64,000 nucleotides of DNA from Ascoidea asiatica JCM 7603 (taxonomy: Eukaryota > Fungi > Ascomycota): the NCBI GenBank assembly GCA_001600695.1, contig BCKQ01000014.1, positions 250,937 through 314,936 on the forward strand, read 5' to 3'. The notes below the pieces were generated by a model. The model had not been told where the DNA came from. It did not search any database and was given only the letters and a program-made list of their open reading frames with translations. The position numbers and the translations under genes were made by a program. Below, in pieces: positions 47,601 through 60,750 of the stretch; within the stretch, counting starts at the first letter, position 1; each line of letters opens with the position of its first letter.

Positions 47601-50600
47601 TAAACAGTAGTACGCTAAGATATTCAACATGACCTAAAATACGGCTCTCCAAAAGATCCCAAAGTAAAACCGAAAAATGGAATGCCAATATACGAAAAGG
47701 AAGCTGTCTCAGACATCAACTTTGACAACTCAAATACCGACCCGAAACTTTGCAAAGACCGATAGTGCATTAAAAGATTTTTTGTTGGCGATTCTGTTTT
47801 CAGCTATCAGTGGAATAGTATGGTGCTAATGTATGTGTATGCTTACTTACCGCTGAAGTGGTTTCATAAAAATGTTGATACGCGTGCAACATCTCGCTGT
47901 TAAATCACAATTAACGTAAATAGTAGTAAGTTCATCCTTAGTCTGTAGCCTCACTGTTCATTATCAAAGTCTTTTAAAATTGGGAACTAGTTATAAATAG
48001 TAATGCGCAATGGTTGAGTGGAGCACGCAGAGCCCTTGACCTGCAAAGGTGGCCCGATGGCGATGTGAAGCACTGCCCGTTTTCACAGTAGGTGTTGGAA
48101 AACATGTGCGGGTATTTTACTGTTTCAGCAGAAACCGTCGGAAACGTCCAACTATCGCGATTGTGCTCAAAATGTTTTGTTGGTCTTACCTTGCTTTAAC
48201 CACATCAGTGGCTGTCGCATGTTTTTATTTTTCCGTAAAGTTTGCTGTGCCGCTCATATATACATAGCATTCTTGGTGCTCTGAATATTACAGGATAATT
48301 CCCTGCACCAGTTTCGAGTTTTTTTCAAGTATAAAAATATATTTTTCACAAATGGATTTCGAACTTTTGCTGCATATGGTTACGCCCCTCTGGTTTCCAG
48401 TAATGAGAATCGGTTCTTTCAACCTCAATTGTGTTTATCCAAATGGTACATATTTTAAGTTTTAATTAATAATTGATTTCATTTGATTTCGATTTTTTTC
48501 CAGGAATACTAAATTGATTTGTTAGAACTCAAATTAATTTGGAAATTTAAACATGTTTCCCTTGTTGTAAAAATGCAGATATAACTCTCAGACGTTTTGA
48601 TAGCCCATTCAGGTTGTACAAACAAAACAGTCTGCTCCTGGCAGTGAGTACCAAAAAGCACAGTTTGACAAACAGTTCTGTAAGTACAAAATGGAGAATA
48701 GAAGTTTTTTAGTCCTTACTCAATCTACGTAACCTCAATTTAGATCGAAAGGGTCATTCGACAAGTGTAATGTTTTTTTTATCGGAGGTCCTAAAGATCT
48801 GTCAGTTAGGCCATCTAAATGAAATTGATATCTTAAAGAAAAACAACAACAATTGAAATTCTTTTCTACTAAAGCTGTAAATAAGAAACAAATCGTTCGA
48901 GATATGTGTATACCAAAATACAGTGGAACACATAACGCTTAATAATTAATTAAAATTTATAGGTCGACATGGGGCTCGAGCATTATGCCCCTAGCGCTCC
49001 GACTGACATCTAAGGTAAAGCTGTTTTGCACGTCATTATGATTGCTGTTACTGAACAGCACAATTAAAAAAAGCTGTTGAAATTTTGACATGTTTCTATT
49101 TTTCAATACAAATAAAGCAACCAAAAAACCCTCGATTATATTAGTGATTTCAGGGAACGTAATAGTAAGCATAATTTTTGTTTTTATTAGCTAATACAGT
49201 CTGCATATAAATGATAAAGATAATTGTCTTAATGTCAAGTATTTGCCATGGGCCTTTGGATTTTAAAAAAAATGATTGTCGTTTGGAATTCTTAATCCAG
49301 CTGTATCCAACAACTAATATTGTACCACTAATCTAAAGAGTGAAAATTGAGCTTCCCACTACCACACAACCCCAATGGGTGCTAGACAAACTGTATTTTC
49401 TGATTATCGGTTCATTACAAAAGTGGGCTTCGCTGATCACTCACTAAGTTTTAACCTTTTTAGAATGTTTTAGTATTTTTCAATAGCATTTACAAAAACA
49501 CAACATCTGGTTCCTAGGAAATCAGAAATTCATATTACTTTTAATGGTCCTCGAATAGTTATATTTTTGCTAGCACTCTCCACATTTTCAATACAATAAG
49601 GAGAATAATTTGCGGATTTTGTAAAACTGTTCTAACTACTACAACTGTCTCAGATCTTATCATTTGTTAAACATTATTTAGTCACAGTTTCCAATCATCT
49701 GTCCGATTACCGCTTGCTCTGACAGAAACTAATTAGTTGCTAACGGATTACAAATTCGAAGCAATGAATCGGCATTTTAATAGCTAATCTAGTTGCCGCT
49801 CACAAAGTATAAAATATAAGTGCATTTTGTCTTAATGATGCCACGGGTTTTAAAAACATGAAAAGGTTTTATGTTTGGAGATTTTTAATTTAATTAGTTG
49901 TCTAGAACATCAACCAAAAATGTGGGTGATTTTGTGACTCTTTAAAACAGATGTGACATGTTATCCAGCTGACATTGTTAGGTAAACTGGCTTAACGACA
50001 GAGTGGCTTTTTTAGACAAATTTAATTTACCGAGTATCAGGTTTTTGGTAATGGTTACGAATGCACTTCGGCTCACCACAGTTATGTTAATGCTAACATA
50101 ATTAAGATCGCTGATAAAAATAACAAGCAAGTTACCCTGTAAAAATAATGGATTTTGTCTTGCATAGAACATGCAAAATCAATTGTGATTACTACCCTTT
50201 AAATCATAAAATTGTGAAGCAACATTTTTTCAGCTATTATGTTTTTTTATAGATTATTACTTCTCGCTTTATTAGACATTTTCGAATTTGTATTTGACTA
50301 AAACGTGTGTGATCTAAAAGACCATTTAATTAAATCTAACTATTCACAACTATAATTAAATTTATCTCTTATAAATATCAATTAAATTATTCTTATATGT
50401 CATATAGATAATATCCTGGGTTTCTGTGTAATCTTTCGAATATATGTTTGTTAGTAAATTTTGGTTTTTTTTTCATTTTTTTTATAGAAAATTTATTACC
50501 ATGATAAAATCAAAATTTACAAAAGTAAAATGGACAATTCTACATTTTTGTCCATTACCCAAAAACCTTGGCTGTTTCATGTAAGTCTCCCACAACACAC

Positions 50601-50657
50601 GTTCCGCATGTGTGGTGACATATTTGGTCTTATCAGAAATCTAATAGTATTGTACAA

Positions 50658-50940
50658 AAATGCGGAATCTGTTTTATATGTGATTATTACAAAAGTGCTG
50701 AGTGTAAGTAAACATTATTGAAAACTTTGTAATTGTTTACTAGAAATGCGGGAGTTTGTTTATATTTAGCAAGCACATTAGAATTAATACAAAGTTGTTA
50801 AACAAAGTAACATGTTTCTGTGAACTTTTACAATTTTTCAATCATGCGGAGTACAGTGCGGGATTTCATAGGAACTTTGAAATTATTACAAAGTTTTTAA
50901 ACATTATCATTTTGCACTTAGAACTTTGCCATGGTAGCAA
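50658..50940 (+). repeat. Three very degenerate repeat units of about 90-100 bp
   Basis: Each unit has ATGCGG...ATTAWTACAAA(A)GT...AACTTT; starts near 50658, 50744 and 50843. Confidence 0.4.
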
Positions 50941-51642
50941 ATAGCCATTAGTATTACCCGTGATGCTATGTTAATCTCAATCCGCAAATTGGTATTGCGG
51001 ACCAATGAGCCAGACTTGTACTAGCTAATCTAAGTTCTACCCACGGAGCAGCAGGTTTTTGGTAATTATTACCAAAAAACTTAGGTTTATATTTTAGTAC
51101 CTAAATCATTGTCCCTTTATGAAAACCGTGAATAATCAACATTATTGTGTTAGTAAATAAAGTATGCGTAAGAAAGAGCTCCCTTTTGCATATTAGGATT
51201 CTCTTAGATTTCAAATTGCTTGTTCTATTGACGACAAAATCCATTTTTGTTTGCAGGGTAACTTCCTTGTTCTTTTCATCAGCGATGTTATCCACTTTAT
51301 GAGGTGGTTACATAATCAACAAAATTTCTCGACTATGGAGGAATTGGAAATCGGGAGAAAAAATAAAACATGATCGCATTGCCGAGAATTATCAGAATGA
51401 AATCATTAATATCGAGCGGTCAATAAAATTAGGTTGCGTGTGACTGGTAAGTGTGGCGCAGTACAGATATTTTCTTTTAGTGTCCAGATGAAATACTAAT
51501 ATAAATATTCTTTCCTCACTCATCTCATTTATCTGAACTTAACTATTAATTTTTTACATATTTGAGCACCATTTTATCTATCATAGTATATCAATAATTT
51601 AAATTAAAACTACTGACGAAAGATTATTATTTACATTAACAC

Positions 51643-52215
51643 ATGGCTTCACAAGATAATCCCCCCATTGTTCCTTCTGGTTGGAAGGCAGTCTGGGATA
51701 ATCAATATAAAACTTTTTTTTATGTCAATTTATCAACAAATCAATCTCAATGGGAAGCACCAAAATTAGATACAAAATCAGATATTAGACCACCAGTGGA
51801 AGCTCCACCTTCCTATAGTCAAGCTCAACAAGCACCTCAAGAAAAAAGTAAATCTTCGTTGAAAAGTAGATTGTTTGGTAGATCAAATCATCAACAACAA
51901 TATCCTCAGCAATATCAACAACAACCACAAAATCAACAATATGGTCAACAGTATCCTCAACAACAATACCAACAAACCGCACAACAACAACAATATCCTC
52001 AACAATATCAACAACAGCCACAGTATTATCAACAACCTCAAAGGCAAAAGAAAAGTGGATTTGGTATGGGTGGTGCTGCTTTAGGTCTTGGTACTGGTTT
52101 ATTGGGCGGTGCTTTATTAGCAAATGCATTTGATGATGATTTTGATGGTCCACCAGGAGGTGGTGATTATGGTGGTGATGATTTTGGTGGCGATGACTTT
52201 GGTGGCGACTGGTAA
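51643..52215 (+). CDS. WWM1: WW-domain protein Wwm1
   Basis: PP.VPSGWKAVWDNQYKTFFYVNLSTNQSQWEAP; Q/Y/P-rich middle; GLLGGALLANAF; G/D-rich tail. Confidence 0.9.
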   Translation: MASQDNPPIVPSGWKAVWDNQYKTFFYVNLSTNQSQWEAPKLDTKSDIRPPVEAPPSYSQAQQAPQEKSKSSLKSRLFGRSNHQQQYPQQYQQQPQNQQYGQQYPQQQYQQTAQQQQYPQQYQQQPQYYQQPQRQKKSGFGMGGAALGLGTGLLGGALLANAFDDDFDGPPGGGDYGGDDFGGDDFGGDW

Positions 52216-52598
52216 TCAATCCTTCTCTTCCTTACTTACATATTTTAGTTAACTTATATTTATGTCTTTTTTGTTTTTTCTATCTGTTTTCTTTATTTTG
52301 TCTTATTTTCTATTTTCTATTTTCTATTTTCTATGTCTCTTAATATTCTTTTTTCTCTAATAAATTATTATTTTTGGTAAAGCTGAATTCTGTTTATGAC
52401 GTCGTCTTATTGTCTCTCCCTTGATCTGTATTTTGAACAGAATTTAATCCGAAAACCCACCTTTGTGGATCTTCTTATTGGCCTACGAAATTTAGATTCA
52501 AATATAATAATAAATTTGATAAATTGAATAACAGGAAATTAAAATTATAGAATTTAATTATTTATTTCAACTACTTTAAGTAAATATTCATTTTTAAA

Positions 52599-54323
52599 AT
52601 GCCAAAAATTACTAATTATAATGTCAAAAAAATCCATAATCATAACAAGAATAACAAAGATGATTCACTAACTTTATTAAAGTGGCTTAATAATGAAGAA
52701 TATTTTGAGATCAGACAAATTTTATTAAATTCAGTTTATAAAATTAAAAATAAAAGATTTAATTTTTTAAATTTTTTAAATTTTGTAATTTCAATAATCT
52801 TCAAAAAATTTTTAAATTTAAATTCGTTTTTCAAAACATTTGAATTGAATTCAATTTTAAGTAATAATAATCATCCAATATTCAATTACAAATTAAATAT
52901 TTTACTTTTTTTAAATAATTATTTATTGATAAATGATGATAATAGTAGTGACTTAATAAAGAATTTAGATGCAATTATAAATTTATTGAATAAAATCATC
53001 AATTCAAACCTTAAAAATCAATTTATTTCTAAAAATTTCAATCAAATTTTAGATATATATTTAATTTTTAAAAATTATATTAATTTAAATGATATACTTT
53101 TCAATAATAATAATGATAAAAACAGTTCTAATAAAAAAGAAATCTTAGATTTAATCGATAATAAAGATAATTTACAATTAATGAATTTAAGAAATGAAAT
53201 AAACTTATTGAAAGATAGTGAAACAGATAATGACTTGCTAATTTACTATAATGATTTGGTAAATAATATTGATTTAAAACTATTAATATTTAAAATTAAT
53301 AGTTTATCAAATCAATTTATTCATATAAAATCATTAATTATTAATAGTGAGGATATTGATGATTATGAATATGATGATAGTCTACAGGAAGATTGTAAGG
53401 AGCATAAAGAATATATAAAACATAAGAATCAGATACAAGATAAAAAAGATGAAGATATTTCGGAAAATAGTAAAATAGAAGACAAAGAAGAGAAACAAAC
53501 TCATAGAAAAGATTTTAAGGAATATCCTAAAGAAGATCTTAAGGAAGATTTTAAAGAAGATTTCAAAGATCTTATCGAACAGAGACACACTAAAAAAGAG
53601 AAAGACAATATTCATGTTAATGATGATGATGATGAAAGAACCAAAAAATATAATCAATTGGAAAATCTTCTAATTATAAATAAAGAAGAAAGAAGAAATC
53701 TTTTGATTGATATATCACCAGTTTTAAAAAATAAATTAAAGCCAAGATTTTATACTTTAATCTATTTAGACTATGATTGGAATAAATATAATAAAATTCA
53801 TTATAATTTAATGAATAAAAATCCTCCACCAAAATATGTTAATGGTTATTCATTTAAAATCTATTATCCAAATTTACATCCAATGCAAATTCCAACTTTT
53901 TCAATTAAAGATGAATCACAAACGTCAAAAGAATCAAATTCTATGATTGATCCATATTTAAAGAAATATTCAAGAATTGGTGATAAATATTGTATCATAA
54001 CTTTTTATCTAATCAAAAATAAAAATAATTTATCTAACTTCATTGAAACAAGCAGTTCAAATAATAATAATAATTACAGATATAATAACAATCATTTTCA
54101 ATTCAAAAAAAAGCAAAAACAATATATAAATACTAATAATATTAATAATAATAACAATAACAGTAATTTCAGTAATAATAAATATATTGAGAATTATGAT
54201 GAAATTTCCTTTAAAATTATTAAAAGAGATTGGGATAGATCTTCAAATTTTTTTAAAAGTAAGTTTGAAAATAATATACTTGAAGTTAATTTTAAATTCA
54301 AGAAATTCTTTTATAGAAAATAG
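52599..54323 (+). CDS. Cactin homolog (cactin C-terminal domain), divergent
   Basis: KPRFY...YDWNKYNKIHY...NPPPKYVNGYSFKIYYPNL...YDEISFKII.RDWD.S...FKSKFENNILEVNFKFKKFFYRK matches the recalled cactin C-terminus. Confidence 0.8.
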   Translation: MPKITNYNVKKIHNHNKNNKDDSLTLLKWLNNEEYFEIRQILLNSVYKIKNKRFNFLNFLNFVISIIFKKFLNLNSFFKTFELNSILSNNNHPIFNYKLNILLFLNNYLLINDDNSSDLIKNLDAIINLLNKIINSNLKNQFISKNFNQILDIYLIFKNYINLNDILFNNNNDKNSSNKKEILDLIDNKDNLQLMNLRNEINLLKDSETDNDLLIYYNDLVNNIDLKLLIFKINSLSNQFIHIKSLIINSEDIDDYEYDDSLQEDCKEHKEYIKHKNQIQDKKDEDISENSKIEDKEEKQTHRKDFKEYPKEDLKEDFKEDFKDLIEQRHTKKEKDNIHVNDDDDERTKKYNQLENLLIINKEERRNLLIDISPVLKNKLKPRFYTLIYLDYDWNKYNKIHYNLMNKNPPPKYVNGYSFKIYYPNLHPMQIPTFSIKDESQTSKESNSMIDPYLKKYSRIGDKYCIITFYLIKNKNNLSNFIETSSSNNNNNYRYNNNHFQFKKKQKQYINTNNINNNNNNSNFSNNKYIENYDEISFKIIKRDWDRSSNFFKSKFENNILEVNFKFKKFFYRK

Positions 54324-54502
54324 AAGATAATTAAATGTTTTTTTCTAAAAAATCTATATAATCTATATAATATTTAAATGTATGATAAAATTGTATTAAA
54401 AAATAGTTTAAAAAACTGTAAATGAAACTTTATAAGAAACTGAATGAATTAAAAATTAAATGAGTTAAGAAAAAATGTTCAAAATAGGAAGTAGTAGCAA
54501 TT

Positions 54503-56686
54503 TTATTCAACGAATATCGCTGCTAATGTACCAAATATTGCTAATATAGAGCTTATAAAAATTGTAAAATAACATAAAATTTTTTCTTTTTTTGTTACTG
54601 TTTTCTCACAGATTTTCAAATAAAATAAGCATGGTAATATTAAGCAAATCAAAAAACATAATGTTGATCCCATAAATGCAACAATTCTATCAAATTCAGG
54701 ATATAAAATTGCAATAAAAACAAATAAAAAATTAGTAAAAACTCTATTAAATACTTTCAAAAATTTAATTTTAAATTGATTTGTTGAATTATTATGATTA
54801 TTACCAGAATTATCATTTAAATCATTATTAACAGAATTATTATCAGATGGGTTATTATCATCTGAAATATTATCAAAATTGTCTTGATAATTATTTTGAA
54901 AATTATCTTCATAATTATTAGTCTCAGAAACCGTACTTATTTCAGAGTTTTTATTATCTAAACCCATAAAATAATCTAAAATTGAGACTATTGGCCTTGC
55001 ATTTAATGGAGTTTTAGCCAATGGAACCATTGCAATTAAAATTAAAATTGAAATATGCATAAATTTTGGATATCCTTTAGTAATTAGAATACTTTTCGTG
55101 ATTTCTTCCTTAACTTCTTTACCAAACATTAAAATACCAATTAAAGCCATAGTAAAATCTGTTAAAAATGTAATTAAATAAGTTATTGAAAGGCAGTTTT
55201 TAAATTTATAAGGATGTCTCATATCAACTTTTAAATTTGGAAAAATTGCATGACCTGAGAATGGAGCCATTAAAATTCCAAGCGCTAAAAATAATTGACC
55301 AATTGATTCAGGATATAAACTTATTGGCATTATTGAAATTAATGAACCTGGAGAATTTTGTTTAATTAAACCAGAAATGAAGATTAATATAACAATTAAA
55401 ATAGTTGAAGTTATACCTAATAAAGAAATTATTGATAATATTGGTAATGGTAAAAAAGTTGGTGGAGTTAAAATGCAAAAAGCTAAAAATTTTAATTGAA
55501 TTGGACTAAATTTTGGGAATAAAGTATTTAAAGAATCTGCGAATAAAACAATCAAAGAAACTCCAGCAGCAATTAAATCAATTGAAAATAATAAAGATAT
55601 TAAGGCTCTACCTTTTTTACCAAAAGTTGCAAAACCTAAATCAGCATAAGTCATTAAAGTTTGGTCAGTATCCATACAAGAAGACAATAGATTTGCAGTT
55701 ATAAAAGTGGAAAAAGATGCAAAAAATAAAATTGGTAAACCAAATAAAAGACCAGCTTTTTTCAAACCTAAAGGTAAAGCTAATAGACCAATACCAATTA
55801 AAACATTAATTGAATTAAAAATAGTTTGAGGAGCAGTTGATTGACCTTGAATAATTGGAATTGATTTACCTTCGTTATTAATATCAGAATTTTTTATAAT
55901 TAAAGAATTTGTTTCAGTTATATTATCTAATAAATTATTATTAATTGTTGAAATTGTATTTGGTAATGAGAAATTAGAAAGTATTGAATTTCCTCTAAAT
56001 TTTCTATTTAATGGAAAATTATTTGTATTAGTATGATTATCTAAAACAGAATTATCATCAATTGCATCATCTGGATGTAATAAAGAATTATTGGAAGAAT
56101 CGTTAGATTCTGTTGGAAATAAACTTGACATTGGATTTCCAGCCCTTTGTTGTCTCATATTATTGATAAAATTCATATCATTATGCATATTAGCAACAGA
56201 GTTTGAAGGATGTAAAGCTAAACCTTGAGATAATTGTGAGTTTAACTGATTTTGATTTGTTTGATTATTTTGATTCAATACCGTAGATAATCTATTACCT
56301 TTAAAACTTGGGACTAATAATTGAGGATCATAAATTTCATCTTCACCATTAATGAAATAAGATCTTGAATTCTGAATATTAGCTTCGATGAACTTGAAAG
56401 ACTGAGCTCTAGTATAAGAAGAAGCAAATCTTCCAATGGAATTCACACCTTTAAAAGAGCCAATGTTTGAATTTAAAATTGAGTTTTTTCTAGTTCTTGT
56501 TTTCCCAGCAGAAACTGGAACTGACCCAGGAACTGGAGGTGATAGATATCCAGAAGAAACCCCAGGAGATTGAGAAGAATTTAGAAGAGAATCATTTTCA
56601 TTGAATATTTGAATTGGATTAGTGATATTATAACTATTATTGCTATTGTTGTTATTATTATTATTGAAATCGTGAGCAGAAGACAT
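54503..56686 (-). CDS. AVT1: Vacuolar amino acid transporter Avt1
   Basis: GSFKGVNSIGRFASSYTRAQSF, GQSTAPQTIFNSINVLIGIGLLALPLG, GHAIFPNLKVDMRHP; multiple TM helices. Confidence 0.92.
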   Translation of the reverse strand: MSSAHDFNNNNNNNSNNSYNITNPIQIFNENDSLLNSSQSPGVSSGYLSPPVPGSVPVSAGKTRTRKNSILNSNIGSFKGVNSIGRFASSYTRAQSFKFIEANIQNSRSYFINGEDEIYDPQLLVPSFKGNRLSTVLNQNNQTNQNQLNSQLSQGLALHPSNSVANMHNDMNFINNMRQQRAGNPMSSLFPTESNDSSNNSLLHPDDAIDDNSVLDNHTNTNNFPLNRKFRGNSILSNFSLPNTISTINNNLLDNITETNSLIIKNSDINNEGKSIPIIQGQSTAPQTIFNSINVLIGIGLLALPLGLKKAGLLFGLPILFFASFSTFITANLLSSCMDTDQTLMTYADLGFATFGKKGRALISLLFSIDLIAAGVSLIVLFADSLNTLFPKFSPIQLKFLAFCILTPPTFLPLPILSIISLLGITSTILIVILIFISGLIKQNSPGSLISIMPISLYPESIGQLFLALGILMAPFSGHAIFPNLKVDMRHPYKFKNCLSITYLITFLTDFTMALIGILMFGKEVKEEITKSILITKGYPKFMHISILILIAMVPLAKTPLNARPIVSILDYFMGLDNKNSEISTVSETNNYEDNFQNNYQDNFDNISDDNNPSDNNSVNNDLNDNSGNNHNNSTNQFKIKFLKVFNRVFTNFLFVFIAILYPEFDRIVAFMGSTLCFLICLILPCLFYLKICEKTVTKKEKILCYFTIFISSILAIFGTLAAIFVE

Positions 56687-57573
56687 TGCCGAGTATTGGG
56701 TTTTATATTAAGAGATGTTGAAGCCCGAGGATAACTGTGAAGAAGTACACCAAATCAGTTTTGCCTTTAAGTTGAGTCTGTTCACTCCTTATTTCTTCTT
56801 TCCTCAAGAATAAAAGAGGTTTATTGAAAAGAATGAATAAAAAAAAAAAGGCTGAAAAAGAAAATAAAAGCTTCTTTTCTCTTTCATTTATCTGTTTTTT
56901 CCAGCTGCCTCAACTTCTCCAATCCTTTGTTTTTGAGTGTTTTCGGTGGTTTTCAGCAGCGCTCGCCCGCCGCGCATTTTTCATTCCGCAAATCGAAACC
57001 ACCGAAATTTTTGAATTTTTTTTCCCTTTTTCATTTTTTTTCAATTTTTTTTTCTTTTACGTTCAAAGTTGGTGATTTTCGAATAAATCAATGACAAAGT
57101 GAAAAATTAAATCATTTCACTGACTTTTTCAAAAGGCTTTTATTAAAATTTATTTCAAACTCATTCATTATCATAATTAAATTACTTATTTAGTAACAAA
57201 GCTTGTAATTTTAAAGCTGGTCTAAAGTTTCATCTAAATTGAAAAAAGAAATATATTTACAAATAAACAAATAATTAGATAAATCAATAAATGAGTAAAT
57301 AAATAAGATCTTTTTAGAAGTAGTCAGATATTCACATGATTTCACTTGTGCTTTATTCACTTAACCGAGCTTGAAAACTTAAGCAATTAAAAATCGGGTT
57401 AATTCAAATTATACTCAAATTCTTTATATCCTTCATTACCAGCATTTTCAATTATTATTAAAAATAATTTAATATATTATTCTTCATAAGCCTTTGATTC
57501 AAAATCCGAGAACTCTAAATTACTTAATTACTTAATCAATTAATCAATGAAAATATTCAATTTTTAAATATTG

Positions 57574-60500
57574 TTAAATCTCAGGATTTGTAATGATTTC
57601 AACTTCATCATCTGTGTCTTGTTCATTTTCATAATCAACATAAACATTATTAGGATATTTTAATATAGTCATCTTATTATTATAAATATCAATATTAGTA
57701 CCATTATCAGTTAAATTATTATCATCATAATTATCCTCATAATCATAATCATAATTCTCATCATAATTGTCAATACAATTGTCATTAATATTATTGTATT
57801 TATAACCATTCAAATTTTCGATTCTACTTTCTTTGTTCTCTTTTCTTTGTTGTTTATGATATTCCCAAAGGGATCTCCTTTGAACTTCTTCTATTTGTAG
57901 TTCTAATAAAATATCTTTCAAATCTTTTCTTAAATTTTTTCTTTCTTTTTGTGGAAATACTTTATTAATTTGTAATTTACTTAATTTATTCCAAAACCTT
58001 AAGCATTTTTCATCATCTTGTAAAAATTTACTAATATTAAAGATTATATGAATTCCACAATCAAAAAAATTGGTTTGTCTAGGTACAATACTTTTAACAA
58101 ATTTTATTGGTAAAATTTCAAAATTTGGATTATAAAATTTTTTATTGTTTGCATATTGTAAAAGAAATTCTTGTAATGGAAAATAAATTTTTGTATGATT
58201 TACATTAAAACTATCAAATATATAAAATGAACATTTTTTGATAATTTTATTCTCCTTATAAATTGTTTCAATATTTAATATTGAACAAAACCAATGTGAT
58301 TGTTGATTTATTGGAAAAATAATATATTTATAATTGAATAAATCTTTCTTCTCAAACCATCTTCTCATAGTATTAAAGTAGTTTCCATCTACTGTTGATT
58401 TTAATTTTGTGAAAAAATATGTGTTAAGTAAACAAACTTCTTCCCTTTTAAATTTTTTATTTTCAAAAGATTTTTCAACATAAAATTTGAAAAAAAAATC
58501 AATAACTGCATCATTTACCCACTTCCCATCAGATAATGATAAATAATCTATATTTGTAATAGTCATGGTAATATTATCATCAAAAGTATGATTTAAAGAA
58601 GGATAAAACATTTTAGAAAATTCTCTTAAATTGGAGTCTTCATTACATGATTCTGAGTTTATACTATCATAAAGATTATTAAATTTTCGTCTAGTTGTAA
58701 AATTTGAATATAATTGTAATTCATTAAATTTATTAGATTTTTCAGGAATTATATTATTTTCAATTTCATTTCTTTCAATCCCTTTGATTTCATTGTCAAA
58801 TTTCTTTAATTCATCATATTCTTGATAATTATAAAATTCTTTTGTATTATCAAGTTTTAGTAATTTATTTTTCTTTTTCTTTTTATAAATTATTTCATTT
58901 TGATTCATTTTTCTTTTTTTACAATAATCTCTTTGAAGATATCGTACAATTCTTGAAGATTGTATTTTTATTATTAAAGATTTTTCATCATTAGTAATTG
59001 AAATAATTGGTTTTTTAAAATTTTTAAATTTTGATTTAGAAATTTTTTTAATTTTTCTAGATTTTTTAATTTCAGAATAATGATTAAAAAGTTTATCTAA
59101 TTCATATGTATCTGAAAATACTTTAACTGTAATTTTATGAGAAAGTGCAGAATCTTTTTTTTTCATAAGTTTTTCAAGATAAATAGAAAATGATCTTAGT
59201 TTAGTATCATCAAATGAAATTTTAATTTCTTTATAAGATTTTTCAGATTTATCTATATTATATAAACCAGAAACTAATTTAATATTTTCATTAATGATGA
59301 TTTCCTTTTTGAGAACTAGAATTAAATATATGCCATCAAGAGAAACTTTAACTTGAATTATATTTTCAGAAAGATCACAATTTAAAAAACTTAAAGAACG
59401 TGGAAAAGAGATTTTACTATTTTCAATTGAAATTTGATTTTTAAAATTTGAAATACTTCTTAATTTTTCTAATTTTTCTAATTTTTCTAATTTCTTTAAA
59501 TCTTTTACATTTTTTGATTTTTTTAAAAAATTTTTATCATCTAATGAAGTATTTTCAGTTTCTAAAAGTTTTGGATAAAATATATTACCAAATTCTAATT
59601 GTCTAAAATGACAAGTACAAACATTAGATTCAACAGAAGTATTAAAAAATGCAGAAAGTTTATTTTTTATTAATTTTGATCTATGCATTGATTTTAATTC
59701 AGCAAGTTTTTCTTCTTCAGATTTAAATTTATTTTCATTTTCAATATCATTTTCACTTTCACTATCAGTATAAGTTTGATTTTGATTATGTAAATTATTT
59801 TCAATTTCTTCGATATTATTTTCATTTTCATTTTCAATTTTCTTTGAATTTTCAATTTCTTTTTGATTTTCTAAATTTTTCATAGTTATTCTAATTTTAG
59901 AAATTTTAACTGGTTTATTATTATTATTATTATTATTAGTAGTAGTAGTAGTAGTAGTAATTGAAGTTGGATTAATTTTAGAATTTTTTTTTGTATATTT
60001 TCTTTTAAGTCTTGCTTTTTCATTTGAATTTAAAATTAAATTTATTTTAGGTTTTCTCTTTTTATAAGGTCCTCTTTTTTTATAAACTCTTTTTTTATTA
60101 TCTTTTGTATTTGTTATTTTTATATTAGAATTATCTTTAGAATCTTTAGTATCTTTAGATAAGTCATTAGATAAGTCATTAGATAAGTCAGTAGATATTT
60201 CATTAGATATGTCATTAGGAAGATTATTATCTTCTTTTGAAATGGATTCAGAGATATTATTGAAAATATCATTAGATATTGTATCAGACATATCTTTATT
60301 ATTTATTGAAATGTCATTTAATAAATCTTGTTTATCATTATCATTAGATATATAATTGGGTATATAATTGGGTATATCAATAGGTATATCATTAGGAATT
60401 TTATTTAAAATATTATTATTAATAGTAAGTTTAACATTAGAAATATCTTTAATTTCATTTTCACATTTAATTTCATTTTTAATTATTTCTTTATGGGAAT

Positions 60501-60719
60501 TATTTGAAATATTATTTGAAATATCATTATCATTTAATAAGTCATTACTATTTAAAATTATTTCATTGGAATTGAAATTTTCAGATTTGATATTATTTGA
60601 ATTATTATTTGGATTAATTTTCAGACTATTTTTATTTAAGATTATACCATTTTTAAGTCTTTTTTTCATTAATTCAAAGACTAATTTCTTATCTATTTCT
60701 AAATCATCATTCGATATTA

Positions 60720-60750
<31 letters not shown>

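Larger units (their letters stand above)
34600..51600. other. About 17-kb block with no intact host gene, rich in retroelement remnants; candidate regional centromere
   Basis: Only short or broken ORFs; nested copia, gypsy and LTR debris; flanked by homologs of S. cerevisiae CEN-adjacent genes. Confidence 0.65.

Noticed and set aside
48350-48425. GTTCGAAATCC on the minus strand as a tRNA T-loop or B-box
   Set aside because: No cloverleaf or A-box could be built; no tRNA was recognised in the window (tRNAscan-SE would settle it).
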